From Bacteroidales bacterium (lineage in GTDB: Bacteria > Bacteroidota > Bacteroidia > Bacteroidales > FEN-979): a stretch of DNA of 64,000 nucleotides. Positions 45,357 to 54,160 of this stretch are shown one piece after another; position 1 is the stretch's first letter, and each line of letters begins with the position of its first letter. The position numbers and the translations under genes are program-made. The notes under the pieces are model-generated. The model ran no database searches and was not told the origin of the DNA. It worked only from the letters and a program-made list of their open reading frames with translations. The DNA lies in the NCBI GenBank assembly GCA_028706295.1, contig JAQWBQ010000005.1, positions 11,395-75,394 of the forward strand. The letters run 5' to 3'.

Positions 45357-47252
45357 TTATTGTCTTTTTCCGGGAGGATTGGAGTAGGTTTCAATAACCG
45401 AGTTGAGCATCTGCTCTGATTTGGCAGCACCTTCGCCGAGCAGGTAAGCAATCTTTTGTACCATATCAAAATTTTCGTCAATCACCTCCTGAAGCCGGTT
45501 AACAATCTGTTCTTTTTGCAATTCAGGCATATACCGGTCACGCAGAATTCCCCCTACATATTTATGGCTGCGAAGGGGAAAAATCGAAACTCCCAGTTTG
45601 TTATCTCCGAACTGTACATCTCTGTTTTCAATGGATTCATCGGAGGAAAGCACATACGTGAACATTTTATAGAAATGGATCGGCAACAGCGACTTCAGGT
45701 CGGCCCCGACCAAACCGGGTATCACTTCATCGATCAGGGTGGCTTCCTCCCCGACAATTCTGATAAAGGCTTTATTCGACTGGTAGATTTTCAGATTTTC
45801 ATCTACAATCACGACTCCTGAAATCAGTTTTTGGAGCATGGTACTGATAATCTCTGAAGTTTCTTTCTGGGCTTCCTGTTCATGTTTAGCCTTTTCTTCA
45901 GATTCTTTGAGTGCGATTTTGGTTTTGGCGAGGTTTTCATTGGTAGTCCTGAGGGTCTGGATATACTCCTGGCGGTTTTTACCGCTAAATACATGGCACA
46001 TATCAGTGGTGGCAAGGCCCTGGGAGATGGCGATTGCAAGATCGCGGCAGCTTGAATACCCGCACGATTCGCAGCCAACATCGCCATGCAGGTGTGATTC
46101 GCGTTCGATCATTTTGAGAACTTCTGCAATCTTTTCCTCGTCAGGAACCGGTAGTCGTTGATCATCCGCAATAAATTGTCTTGAAAGGTCAAGTTCTTCA
46201 AAGGAATTAACATCGTGCTGCCAATCATCGAGATTCAGGGTCTTCAGCCGCTTATTTGCGTATTCCTTTACCAGGGTCATTCTCAGGAATTTTTCTCCTT
46301 TCGGGGAAGTGCCAGGCCCCATGATACACCCTTCATCATAAAATATGTTGAAATTCCTTTTGATCAGATCAATTCGCGATTCAAATTCCCTTACTGCATC
46401 GGTCATATTGATCCGGCCTTCAGTCGTAATTACGCTTCCCGACAGGAGGTCTTCGTTAATCCCGACTGCCTGGAGAATCCCGTTGCTGATTGGATAAAGC
46501 GATCCTTTTTGTCCGAGGGGAGGATCGAATTCAAAATATTCAAGCTGGCTTTCGCGGATATTGAATTGAGCAAACAGTTGCCTGAGTTCAACAAAAGTAA
46601 GGACCGCATCGACAGCCGATTCGCCTGTAAACCTTAATGCTTCGTCCTTGGTTGCAATGCAGGGACCAATGAAAACGATTCTGGTACCGGATCCATACCT
46701 TTGTCGGATCACCCGGGCTGTTGCGATCATCGGCGACACCAGGGGGGCAAGATTGTTGATCAGTTCGGGATGATACTTTTCTATAAAAGCCACAACAGAC
46801 GGGCAGTTGGAAGTGAAATAATATTTACCCCTGAAATTATCGAGCAGTTCTTTATACCGGGAAGCGATGAGGTCGACGCCGAAAGAGACTTCGCTTACAT
46901 AAGTAAAACCAAGTTCCCGGATCATTCCGACAAATTTCCGGTAATCGGTAATGTCGTGAAATTCGCCAGAAATGGCCGGATCACAAATGGCGGCAACCGG
47001 TTCTCCGGAATGGAGGAGTTCAATAGTCTGTTCAATGGAACTCCGGTATGAAATGGCTTGTGTTGAGCATGCCCGGTAGCAGCTTCCGCAACCAATACAA
47101 CGTTCCGGAAGGATCGAAGGAAATTCGGTGTTAACATCGACCCTGATGGCTTTAACCGGACAAATGCGAACGCAGGAATAACATTTAATGCATTGGTCAT
47201 GGGTTATCCGGAAAAGCGGTTCGTCTATCATTTCGGCATTTATAAAATTCAA
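45357..47252 (-). CDS. HydS-like sensory [FeFe]-hydrogenase homologue with a C-terminal PAS domain (S2)
   Basis: 631 aa. CIKCYSCVRICP and CIGCGSCYRAC. L1 is TSNCPS (46797-46814), L2 is GPCIATKDE, L3 is FYDEGCIMGPG (46311-46340). 4-Cys CESCGYSSC...C, a coiled-coil, then a PAS-like GVVIVDENLKIYQSNKAF. Confidence 0.8.
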   Translation of the reverse strand: MNFINAEMIDEPLFRITHDQCIKCYSCVRICPVKAIRVDVNTEFPSILPERCIGCGSCYRACSTQAISYRSSIEQTIELLHSGEPVAAICDPAISGEFHDITDYRKFVGMIRELGFTYVSEVSFGVDLIASRYKELLDNFRGKYYFTSNCPSVVAFIEKYHPELINNLAPLVSPMIATARVIRQRYGSGTRIVFIGPCIATKDEALRFTGESAVDAVLTFVELRQLFAQFNIRESQLEYFEFDPPLGQKGSLYPISNGILQAVGINEDLLSGSVITTEGRINMTDAVREFESRIDLIKRNFNIFYDEGCIMGPGTSPKGEKFLRMTLVKEYANKRLKTLNLDDWQHDVNSFEELDLSRQFIADDQRLPVPDEEKIAEVLKMIERESHLHGDVGCESCGYSSCRDLAIAISQGLATTDMCHVFSGKNRQEYIQTLRTTNENLAKTKIALKESEEKAKHEQEAQKETSEIISTMLQKLISGVVIVDENLKIYQSNKAFIRIVGEEATLIDEVIPGLVGADLKSLLPIHFYKMFTYVLSSDESIENRDVQFGDNKLGVSIFPLRSHKYVGGILRDRYMPELQKEQIVNRLQEVIDENFDMVQKIAYLLGEGAAKSEQMLNSVIETYSNPPGKRQ

Positions 47253-47322
47253 AATTAGGAATATCTGCGTTTAGATTGCCATCCGAAACAAAAAAAATAC
47301 CGGTCCGGCATGGTAAATATAT

Positions 47323-47357
47323 TTGTTTATTTTTTCACATTGATAATTTTTTCACAA
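47323..47357. promoter_or_regulatory. Two abutting Rex-like operators in the divergent S2 / operon 3 control region
   Basis: 47323-47340 is TTGTTTA-TTTT-TTCACAT. 47340-47357 is TTGATAA-TTTT-TTCACAA. Each has an intact or near-intact TTCACA(A) half-site. Confidence 0.55.
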
Positions 47358-47387
47358 TTAATTAATTCGTAATTAAGATAATTATAC

Positions 47388-47395
47388 TATTTTTG
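47388..47395 (+). promoter_or_regulatory. -7 promoter box (TATTTTTG) for hydrogenase operon 3
   Basis: Matches TAnnTTTG, 27 nt before the ATG at 47422. The Rex-like sites lie just upstream. Confidence 0.45.
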
Positions 47396-47421
47396 TGAAT
47401 CAGATACTGATATTTTGTAAT

Positions 47422-47889
47422 ATGAACAAGGAGGTACCGGTACATATTCTTGAAAAGTACCCGGCCGGAAAAAGGGATGGATTGATCCCAATCCTGATGG
47501 AGATCCAGGATGAAAAGGGATTTCTTTCGGAAGAGGTATTTCAAGAAGTCGGCAGGTATTTGAATATTCCTGCTAACAAGGTTTATTGTGTTGCTACTTT
47601 TTATGATCGGTTCAGGTTTAAGCCCGCGGGGCGTTATTTAATTCAGATGTGCCGAGGCACCGCCTGTTATCTGTCAGGATCAACCACTTATCTGGATGAA
47701 TTTGTAAGACAGCTAAAGGTGAGTCCGGGCGGGACCAGTAAAGACAGGCGATACAGTCTGGAAGTCACGAGTTGCATGGGCGCTTGTGACTCTGCACCTG
47801 TCATCCGCATCAATGATAAAATTTATTCCAGGGTAACTCCGGAGGACCTGGTTCGGATCATCCGGTCGCTCAAAGAAAAAACCGAGTAA
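47422..47889 (+). CDS. hydC: NuoE/HydC-like [2Fe-2S] subunit (operon 3)
   Basis: 155 aa from the ATG at 47422. CRGTAC ... CMGAC Cys pattern. Confidence 0.85.
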   Translation: MNKEVPVHILEKYPAGKRDGLIPILMEIQDEKGFLSEEVFQEVGRYLNIPANKVYCVATFYDRFRFKPAGRYLIQMCRGTACYLSGSTTYLDEFVRQLKVSPGGTSKDRRYSLEVTSCMGACDSAPVIRINDKIYSRVTPEDLVRIIRSLKEKTE

Positions 47890-47890
47890 G

Positions 47891-49840
47891 ATGGTTGTCG
47901 TTAATACAACAGAACAAAAGGAGTTTCTCACCGAAAAGGTACTGAAGAATTATTCCAGTGTATTTGATAAAGCCACATCCGATCGTCTTTCGCTGATAAA
48001 AAGGGAGCGGATAGATCATTCTGTGATCTATGTCGGAATGGGTACCTGCGGCATTACCGCGGGGTCAGCAAAGACTTACGATGCGATTCAAAGATATTGT
48101 AAGAATCACAACCCGGAGGCAGAAATCATCCGGGTCGGATGCATTGGCATGTGTTCGGCGGAGCCGCTCATGGATGTCCAGTTACCGGGAAAGACCAGGA
48201 TCTCTTTCCATCATGTCACGGAGGACCTGGTGGAAGACATTCTGAACTCTGTTTTTCACCGGAGCCTCTCCACCGACCATGTTTTAGGGCAATTCAAATC
48301 GCAATCGCAGGAGGTTTGGCCAAACATCCCGTTTATCGATCAACTCCCGTTTTTTGCAAAACAACACCGGATCGTAACGCGTAATGCAGGGATTATTTCG
48401 CCCAATAGTATTGATGATTATTTGGCTTCCGGCGGTTACAAGTCATTATATAAGACTGTGTTGAATTACACGGCCGACAAGGTATGTGATATTATCACGC
48501 AGAGTGAATTGCGTGGGCGTGGCGGAGGGGGGTATCCGACAGGAAAAAAATGGATGATGGCCCTGGGTACCGGCAGTGATCAAAAGTATTTGATATGCAA
48601 TGCAGACGAAAGCGATCCGGGGGCATTCATGAACCGTTCAATTATCGAGGGTGATCCACACAGAGTTATTGAGGGAATTGCCATTGCTTCCTATGCCATC
48701 GGTGCAAACAATGCATATATCTACCTCCGTGCCGATTATGAACAGCCACATACCTTATTGCTCAAAGCCATTGATGATGCCAGGGAATACGGATTTCTGG
48801 GTGAGAATATTTTTGGAAGTGGTTTTAATCTGAAAATCCACATCAGGCTTGGGGCCGGAGCTTTTGTTTGCGGAGAAGAGACCGCATTGATTGCAAGTCT
48901 TGAAGGCAAGCAGGGAATTCCTCAATCGAAGCCCCCGTATCCTGCTGAAAAGGGGCTATTCGGCCATCCAACGGTTGTCAATAATATCGAAACGCTTGCC
49001 AATGTCCCTTCGATCCTTGAAAACGGGCCTTCGTGGTTCAAATCGACCGGGATCAGGGACAACCGGGGGACCAAAATCTTCTGCATTTCCGGGAAGGCAG
49101 TAACAACAGGCTTTGCAGAGGTACCTATCGGTTCAAAACTTTCAGATCTGGTGACCGGGATTGGTGGCGGAGTCAGGGATGGGAAAAAACTGAAAGCAGT
49201 TCAATTCGGTGGACCTTCCGGAGTCTGCATTCCTACGCAAAACCTTGATATGGAGATCAGTTATGAGTCGATGCAGGAAATCGGTTCTTCATTAGGGTTG
49301 GGTGGTTTGATCCTGTTGGACGAAGAAACCTGCATGGTCAGTCTTTCGAAATATTTTATGCAGTTCCTGCAGCATGAAAGCTGCGGAAAGTGCATTCCCT
49401 GCCGGGAAGGCACACGGAGGATGTTGCAGATCCTTGATGAGATAAGTCGCAGGCCCCGCGAAGAGAGTTCCCATGAGACCCTGGAACGGTTCAAAGGAGT
49501 TGTTGAGTTGGAGCGACTGGCTTCGGTGATCAAAGACACCTCACTCTGTGGTTTGGGCCAGAATGCCCCAAATCCTGTCATTTCCTCGTTAAAGTGGTTC
49601 CGTGAAGAGTACGAAGAGCATATTTTCGACCGAAAGTGTCAGGCTGGTGTCTGCCGGGATCTCAGGACGTTTTATATCAATGCGGACCTTTGCAACGGAT
49701 GTAATCTTTGTCAGCGTAAGTGTCCCGAAAACGCAATTATCGGGACCGTCAAATACCCGCATTTCATCATTGAGTCAAAATGTACAGGTTGCGGGATCTG
49801 TTTTGATGTTTGTAAGTTTAATGCAATCTATTTCAAGTAA
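47891..49840 (+). CDS. hydB: Full-length HydB/NuoF-like subunit with an extended N-terminus (operon 3)
   Basis: 649 aa. GTCG...GCIGMC, ELRGRGGGGYPTG, GAFVCGEETAL, CGKCIPCR, CNGCNLCQRKCP, CTGCGICFDVC. Confidence 0.9.
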   Translation: MVVVNTTEQKEFLTEKVLKNYSSVFDKATSDRLSLIKRERIDHSVIYVGMGTCGITAGSAKTYDAIQRYCKNHNPEAEIIRVGCIGMCSAEPLMDVQLPGKTRISFHHVTEDLVEDILNSVFHRSLSTDHVLGQFKSQSQEVWPNIPFIDQLPFFAKQHRIVTRNAGIISPNSIDDYLASGGYKSLYKTVLNYTADKVCDIITQSELRGRGGGGYPTGKKWMMALGTGSDQKYLICNADESDPGAFMNRSIIEGDPHRVIEGIAIASYAIGANNAYIYLRADYEQPHTLLLKAIDDAREYGFLGENIFGSGFNLKIHIRLGAGAFVCGEETALIASLEGKQGIPQSKPPYPAEKGLFGHPTVVNNIETLANVPSILENGPSWFKSTGIRDNRGTKIFCISGKAVTTGFAEVPIGSKLSDLVTGIGGGVRDGKKLKAVQFGGPSGVCIPTQNLDMEISYESMQEIGSSLGLGGLILLDEETCMVSLSKYFMQFLQHESCGKCIPCREGTRRMLQILDEISRRPREESSHETLERFKGVVELERLASVIKDTSLCGLGQNAPNPVISSLKWFREEYEEHIFDRKCQAGVCRDLRTFYINADLCNGCNLCQRKCPENAIIGTVKYPHFIIESKCTGCGICFDVCKFNAIYFK

Positions 49841-49845
49841 CCGGC

Positions 49846-51564
49846 ATGCAATTCAATATTGAGATCAATAATCAGCAGGTATCGGCAAAGCGGGGCGAGA
49901 CCATTAAAAATGTGCTGGATCGTATCGGGATCAATATTCCCACATTGTGTTATATGAATGGTTTCTCACCTTCGGGTGGGTGCAGGATGTGTGTTGTGGA
50001 GATCGAGGGTATACCGGGACTTGTTCCGGCCTGTTCGCATCCGGTCAGTGAGTGGATGAAGATCAGGACTCACTCCCCCAAAGTATTAAAGGCCAGAAAA
50101 GTTATTGTAGAACTCCTTCTGGCAAGTCATCCTGACGATTGTTTGTATTGTGAGCGGAGCGGAGCGTGTCGTTTACAGGAACTGGCGGTTGAAATGGACA
50201 TTCACGATCGAAAGTACCATGGAAAGCGGGAGATTATTCCGATCGATAAAGCGTGTCCTTCGGTCATAAGAGATCCTGAGAAGTGTGTGCTTTGCGGTCG
50301 TTGTATCCGTGTGTGTGACGAGGTGATCGGGGTTTCAGCGATAGATATTGTCGGCAGAGGATCGGAAAGCAGGATAGGCACCTCGTACAACAAGGGATTG
50401 AATATGCAAACCTGTGTAAAATGCGGTCAATGTATTATGGTTTGCCCGACCGGAGCGTTGACTGAGCGGTCGTCACTGACAAGTGTCGTGGAGGCACTGA
50501 ATAATCCGGAACTCTTTCCGGTGATCCAGTTCTCTCCTACCGTCCCTGCTTCGATTGCTGAGGAATTCAATCTCAAGGCCAGTAAGGATATTTTAAATAT
50601 TGTCAGGGCAGCGTTGAAACGGATAGGGTTCCGGCAGGTATTCGACACCTCCATGGCGGCCGATCTGCATATCATGGAAGAGGCAGCTACTTTTGTAGAG
50701 CGTCTCAATTCAAATGGTCCCTTACCCCTGCTGACCTCCTGTTGTCCTTCCTGGGTCAGGTATGTTGAAGAGCTTTACCCCTCACTTATCCCAAATCTTG
50801 CCACACCACGGTCACCGCAACAGATCATGGGCAGGATGATCAAAAACTATATTGCCAGTTCAGCAGGGATTAAGCCTGAGAGTGTCTTTGTTGTGTCTGT
50901 TATGCCCTGTACTGCAAAAAAATATGAATCCGGACAGGATATAGGGAAAGAGGGCTCTTACCGGTTTGTTGATGCCGTGCTTACCACCCGCGAACTGAAT
51001 AAAATCATCAGGTTGCTTGGGATCGATTTCAGCGCCCTGGAGCCTGAGCCAAGCGATACTGCCTTCAGTATGCGCAGCTCGGCCGGAAATCTGTTCGGGG
51101 TTTCAGGAGGTCACCTGGAAGGGCTGATGCGTACGATACATTTTATGTTGACAGGTCAGGAGATGAGTCCCCTGAAACTTATGGAGTTGCGGGGTTTAAA
51201 GAACAGGAAAGAGGCGCGGGTCAAGATCGGTAAGGCGATCTTCCCGGTTGTTGCCGTTAACGGTCTCGCTCAGATGAAACCAATAATGGATGAAATTATC
51301 TCGCAAAAGAATGCGTTCAAGATCATTGAGGTTATGGCTTGTCCTTTTGGCTGTATAAACGGCGGAGGACAAAAGCTAAACCCGGATGAGAAGAATCTGA
51401 AATCACGGATGAAAGCATTATATGATGTGGATGAGGAAGAGATGATCAAGGTATCACATAAGAATCCGATCGTCAATGATCTGTATGATAAATTTCTTGG
51501 AAAGCCCGGGAGTGACAGAAACCGGGAGATCCTGCATGTTTCACGCAATACCGATAAGGAGTAA
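49846..51564 (+). CDS. hydA: [FeFe]-hydrogenase catalytic subunit (operon 3)
   Basis: 572 aa. TSCCPSW (50734-50754), MPCTAKKYE, EVMACPFGCINGGGQ, plus N-terminal 2Fe-2S and 4Fe-4S motifs. Confidence 0.9.
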   Translation: MQFNIEINNQQVSAKRGETIKNVLDRIGINIPTLCYMNGFSPSGGCRMCVVEIEGIPGLVPACSHPVSEWMKIRTHSPKVLKARKVIVELLLASHPDDCLYCERSGACRLQELAVEMDIHDRKYHGKREIIPIDKACPSVIRDPEKCVLCGRCIRVCDEVIGVSAIDIVGRGSESRIGTSYNKGLNMQTCVKCGQCIMVCPTGALTERSSLTSVVEALNNPELFPVIQFSPTVPASIAEEFNLKASKDILNIVRAALKRIGFRQVFDTSMAADLHIMEEAATFVERLNSNGPLPLLTSCCPSWVRYVEELYPSLIPNLATPRSPQQIMGRMIKNYIASSAGIKPESVFVVSVMPCTAKKYESGQDIGKEGSYRFVDAVLTTRELNKIIRLLGIDFSALEPEPSDTAFSMRSSAGNLFGVSGGHLEGLMRTIHFMLTGQEMSPLKLMELRGLKNRKEARVKIGKAIFPVVAVNGLAQMKPIMDEIISQKNAFKIIEVMACPFGCINGGGQKLNPDEKNLKSRMKALYDVDEEEMIKVSHKNPIVNDLYDKFLGKPGSDRNREILHVSRNTDKE

Positions 51565-53546
51565 TGGGACATACCTATCACCGGCAGCTTGTTTTCACGA
51601 TCAAGGATCGTTGCCGGGTATGTTTTACCTGTGTAAGGGAATGTCCGGTAAAAGCCATTAAGATCATCAATGGTCAGGCAGAGGTGTTAAACGACCGTTG
51701 TATCGGATGTGGCAATTGTGTGAGGGTTTGCAGCCAGGGCGCCAAGGTTCCCCTGAGATCGGTTGAGGCTGTGGAGAATCTTTTACAATCGGGATCGAAG
51801 ATCGCCGCTTGTTTAGCGCCGAGTTTTCCGGCAGAGTTTACCGAAATCCGTGAACCCGGGCTGATGGCAGGAATGATCCGCGCATTGGGGTTTGATTATG
51901 TCAGCGAGGTTTCGTTCGGGGCCGATCTCGTTGCGCTGCAATATGAAAAAATGATCAAAGGCAGTGGCACAGAGGGTTCGATCTCTTCAGATTGTCCTGC
52001 CATCGTTTATTTTATCCGACACTATCATCCTGATCTGGTAAAATCACTGGCGCCCATCGTATCACCCATGCTTGCGATGACCCGGGTTATGAAAAAAAAA
52101 TACGGTGAAGATCTGAAGGTGGTTTTCATCGGGCCTTGTTTTGCCAAAAAGGCCGAATCACTTGAGGTTGACGAGGTTCTGACTTACATGGAACTCCGCG
52201 AGATGTTGGTAAAACGGGGGATCACGCCTGAAAAGGTAGTTCCCTCACCTTTTGACCCACCCCACAGCGGTAAAGGGTCTATTTTTCCAGTCAGCCGGGG
52301 GTTGTTTTACACGGCCAATAATCAGGAATCGATTCCTGAGGAACGAGTTATCATTGCAGAAGGGCGCGAGCATTACAAGGCTGCCATCAATGAGTTTGAA
52401 GAGGGATCAATCCGCGACAAACAATTAATGCTTTTGTGTTGTGACGGTTGTATCATGGGGCCCGGAACATCACCGGGTGGCAAACGATATATTCGGAGTG
52501 CCGCTGTTGGCGATTATGTGAAAAACAAGATCAAAAAGATCGATGAGGAATCCTGGAACAATGATATCCGGGAATTTCTCGAACTCGATTTTTCACAAAG
52601 CTTTGTTCCGGAAGACAGACGGCTTTCGCCTCCCAGCGCTGATGATGTATTAGAAGCCTTACATTCGATGGGAAAATTCTCGCCGATGGATCACCTGAAT
52701 TGCGGAGCTTGTGGTTATGATACCTGTGTGGATCATGCCAGCGCCATCGTAACGGGTCTTGCCGAGTCGGAGATGTGTCTCCCTTATGCCATTGAGAAGC
52801 TGCACACCTCGATCAGTTCCCTCAACCTGACCCATGAAAAGCTCGCGAAAGCCAAGGCAGCGCTCAAACAATCGGAAAAACTGGCCCACATGGGACAATT
52901 GTCGGCCGGTATCGCACATGAATTGAATAATCCGTTGGGTGTAATTACGATGTACAGCAACATCCTGATGGACGAAGCGCCCGATGGAGATCCTGTCCGC
53001 GAGGATTTAAAACTTATCGTTGAGCAGGCTGACCGGTGTAAAAAAATCGTCAGTGGTTTGTTGAATTTCGCCAGAAAAAATCAGGTAACTCTTTCTGAGA
53101 CCGATGTAATCAAATTTACCCAACACAGCCTGAACTCCATTGTCAAGCCCGATTCTGTCAACTTTCAGTTTACATCGGGTATTGAGAATCCTATAGCTTA
53201 TTTGGATATTGATCAGATGATGCAGGTATTGACGAACCTGGAGAAAAACGCGATAGAGGCGATGCCCGAAGGGGGAACGCTGAAAGTCGGAGTGGAAGGC
53301 GATGATTCGGAAGTTACATTTATTGTTTCCGACACGGGAATCGGAATCCCCAAGGAAAACATGGACAAGCTTTTCACTCCCTTCTTCACGACCAAAGAGA
53401 TGGGAAAGGGAACCGGATTGGGGCTTGCATTGATATACGGCATTGTTAAAATGCATAAAGGGAAAATTCACGTCGATTCGGTTTCTGATCCCGCTGAAGC
53501 GCCTACCGGGACCACGTTCAGGATTACAATTCCCCGTGGAACATAG
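51564..53546 (+). CDS. HydS-like sensory [FeFe]-hydrogenase homologue fused to a histidine kinase (S3)
   Basis: 660 aa. CFTCVRECP and CIGCGNCVRVC. L1 is SSDCPAIV (51984-51998), L2 is GPCFAKKAE, L3 is CCDGCIMGPG (52437-52466). 4-Cys CGACGYDTC...C. H-box SAGIAHELNNP and HATPase GTGLGLALIYG. The start overlaps the hydA stop (TAATG). Confidence 0.85.
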   Translation: MGHTYHRQLVFTIKDRCRVCFTCVRECPVKAIKIINGQAEVLNDRCIGCGNCVRVCSQGAKVPLRSVEAVENLLQSGSKIAACLAPSFPAEFTEIREPGLMAGMIRALGFDYVSEVSFGADLVALQYEKMIKGSGTEGSISSDCPAIVYFIRHYHPDLVKSLAPIVSPMLAMTRVMKKKYGEDLKVVFIGPCFAKKAESLEVDEVLTYMELREMLVKRGITPEKVVPSPFDPPHSGKGSIFPVSRGLFYTANNQESIPEERVIIAEGREHYKAAINEFEEGSIRDKQLMLLCCDGCIMGPGTSPGGKRYIRSAAVGDYVKNKIKKIDEESWNNDIREFLELDFSQSFVPEDRRLSPPSADDVLEALHSMGKFSPMDHLNCGACGYDTCVDHASAIVTGLAESEMCLPYAIEKLHTSISSLNLTHEKLAKAKAALKQSEKLAHMGQLSAGIAHELNNPLGVITMYSNILMDEAPDGDPVREDLKLIVEQADRCKKIVSGLLNFARKNQVTLSETDVIKFTQHSLNSIVKPDSVNFQFTSGIENPIAYLDIDQMMQVLTNLEKNAIEAMPEGGTLKVGVEGDDSEVTFIVSDTGIGIPKENMDKLFTPFFTTKEMGKGTGLGLALIYGIVKMHKGKIHVDSVSDPAEAPTGTTFRITIPRGT

Positions 53547-53653
53547 GTTGAATGAACCAGTCCGGCAAATTTGTGATCTGTTATGCAAGGAAGGCCGCAC
53601 GGGAGGTGGCAGAGATAAAATGAATTTTAAATGCGAATAAAAATTTTTACAAT

Positions 53654-54055
53654 ATGGCACCGGTAAATAAAACCATTTTAATTGTTGATGATGATCAGGA
53701 TTATTTGTTTCAGCTTAAAATGAAGGTTGAAAAGTTTGGGTACAAGACGATCACAGCCGACAGCCAAGAGGAAGCTGAGGAATTACTGGAGCGGATCAAG
53801 CCTGATCTTGCGATCCTTGATCTTATGATGGAGAAGGAGGACAGCGGATTCATCCTGTGTTACCGGATGAAGAAAAAATATCCCGATGTCCCCATCATCA
53901 TCGCCACGGGTGTTGCGGCTGAAACGGGGATCATTTTTGACATTCAGGATGAGAACAACCGTAAATGGATCAAGGCTGACCGTTTCCTTGACAAAGGAAT
54001 CAGGTCGGAGCTCCTGAAGATGGAGATTGAAAAGCTTTTACAGAAACCTAATTGA
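53654..54055 (+). CDS. Single-domain response regulator (receiver only)
   Basis: 133 aa. ILIVDDD...DLAILDLMM...IIATG. No output domain. Confidence 0.85.
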   Translation: MAPVNKTILIVDDDQDYLFQLKMKVEKFGYKTITADSQEEAEELLERIKPDLAILDLMMEKEDSGFILCYRMKKKYPDVPIIIATGVAAETGIIFDIQDENNRKWIKADRFLDKGIRSELLKMEIEKLLQKPN

Positions 54056-54160
54056 AACAGCATACTACCTAAAAGAGCAGTATTGGACAATCTAAATGTG
54101 AACCACATGGCAAATCACCGGTGAGGATCCCTGTCCGGAATTTTTTGGAAAAATTAAATT

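Noticed and set aside
45251-45481. 76-aa minus-strand ORF bridging S2 and the PP2C gene
   Set aside because: It overlaps the 3' end of S2 in another frame and has no motifs. The 102-bp gap is treated as intergenic.
47392-47398. Isolated TTGTGAA half-site
   Set aside because: There is no TTCACAA partner at the N4 spacing, and the half-site overlaps the -7 box. It is not counted as a Rex operator.
53612-53640. Rex-like TTTACAA half-site upstream of the orphan receiver gene
   Set aside because: The left half (GAATAAA) does not resemble TTGTGAA, so this is probably just AT-rich sequence.
53007-53660. 217-aa minus-strand ORF
   Set aside because: It is antisense to the HisKA/HATPase part of S3, which has clear H-, N- and G-boxes. 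This is a shadow ORF.
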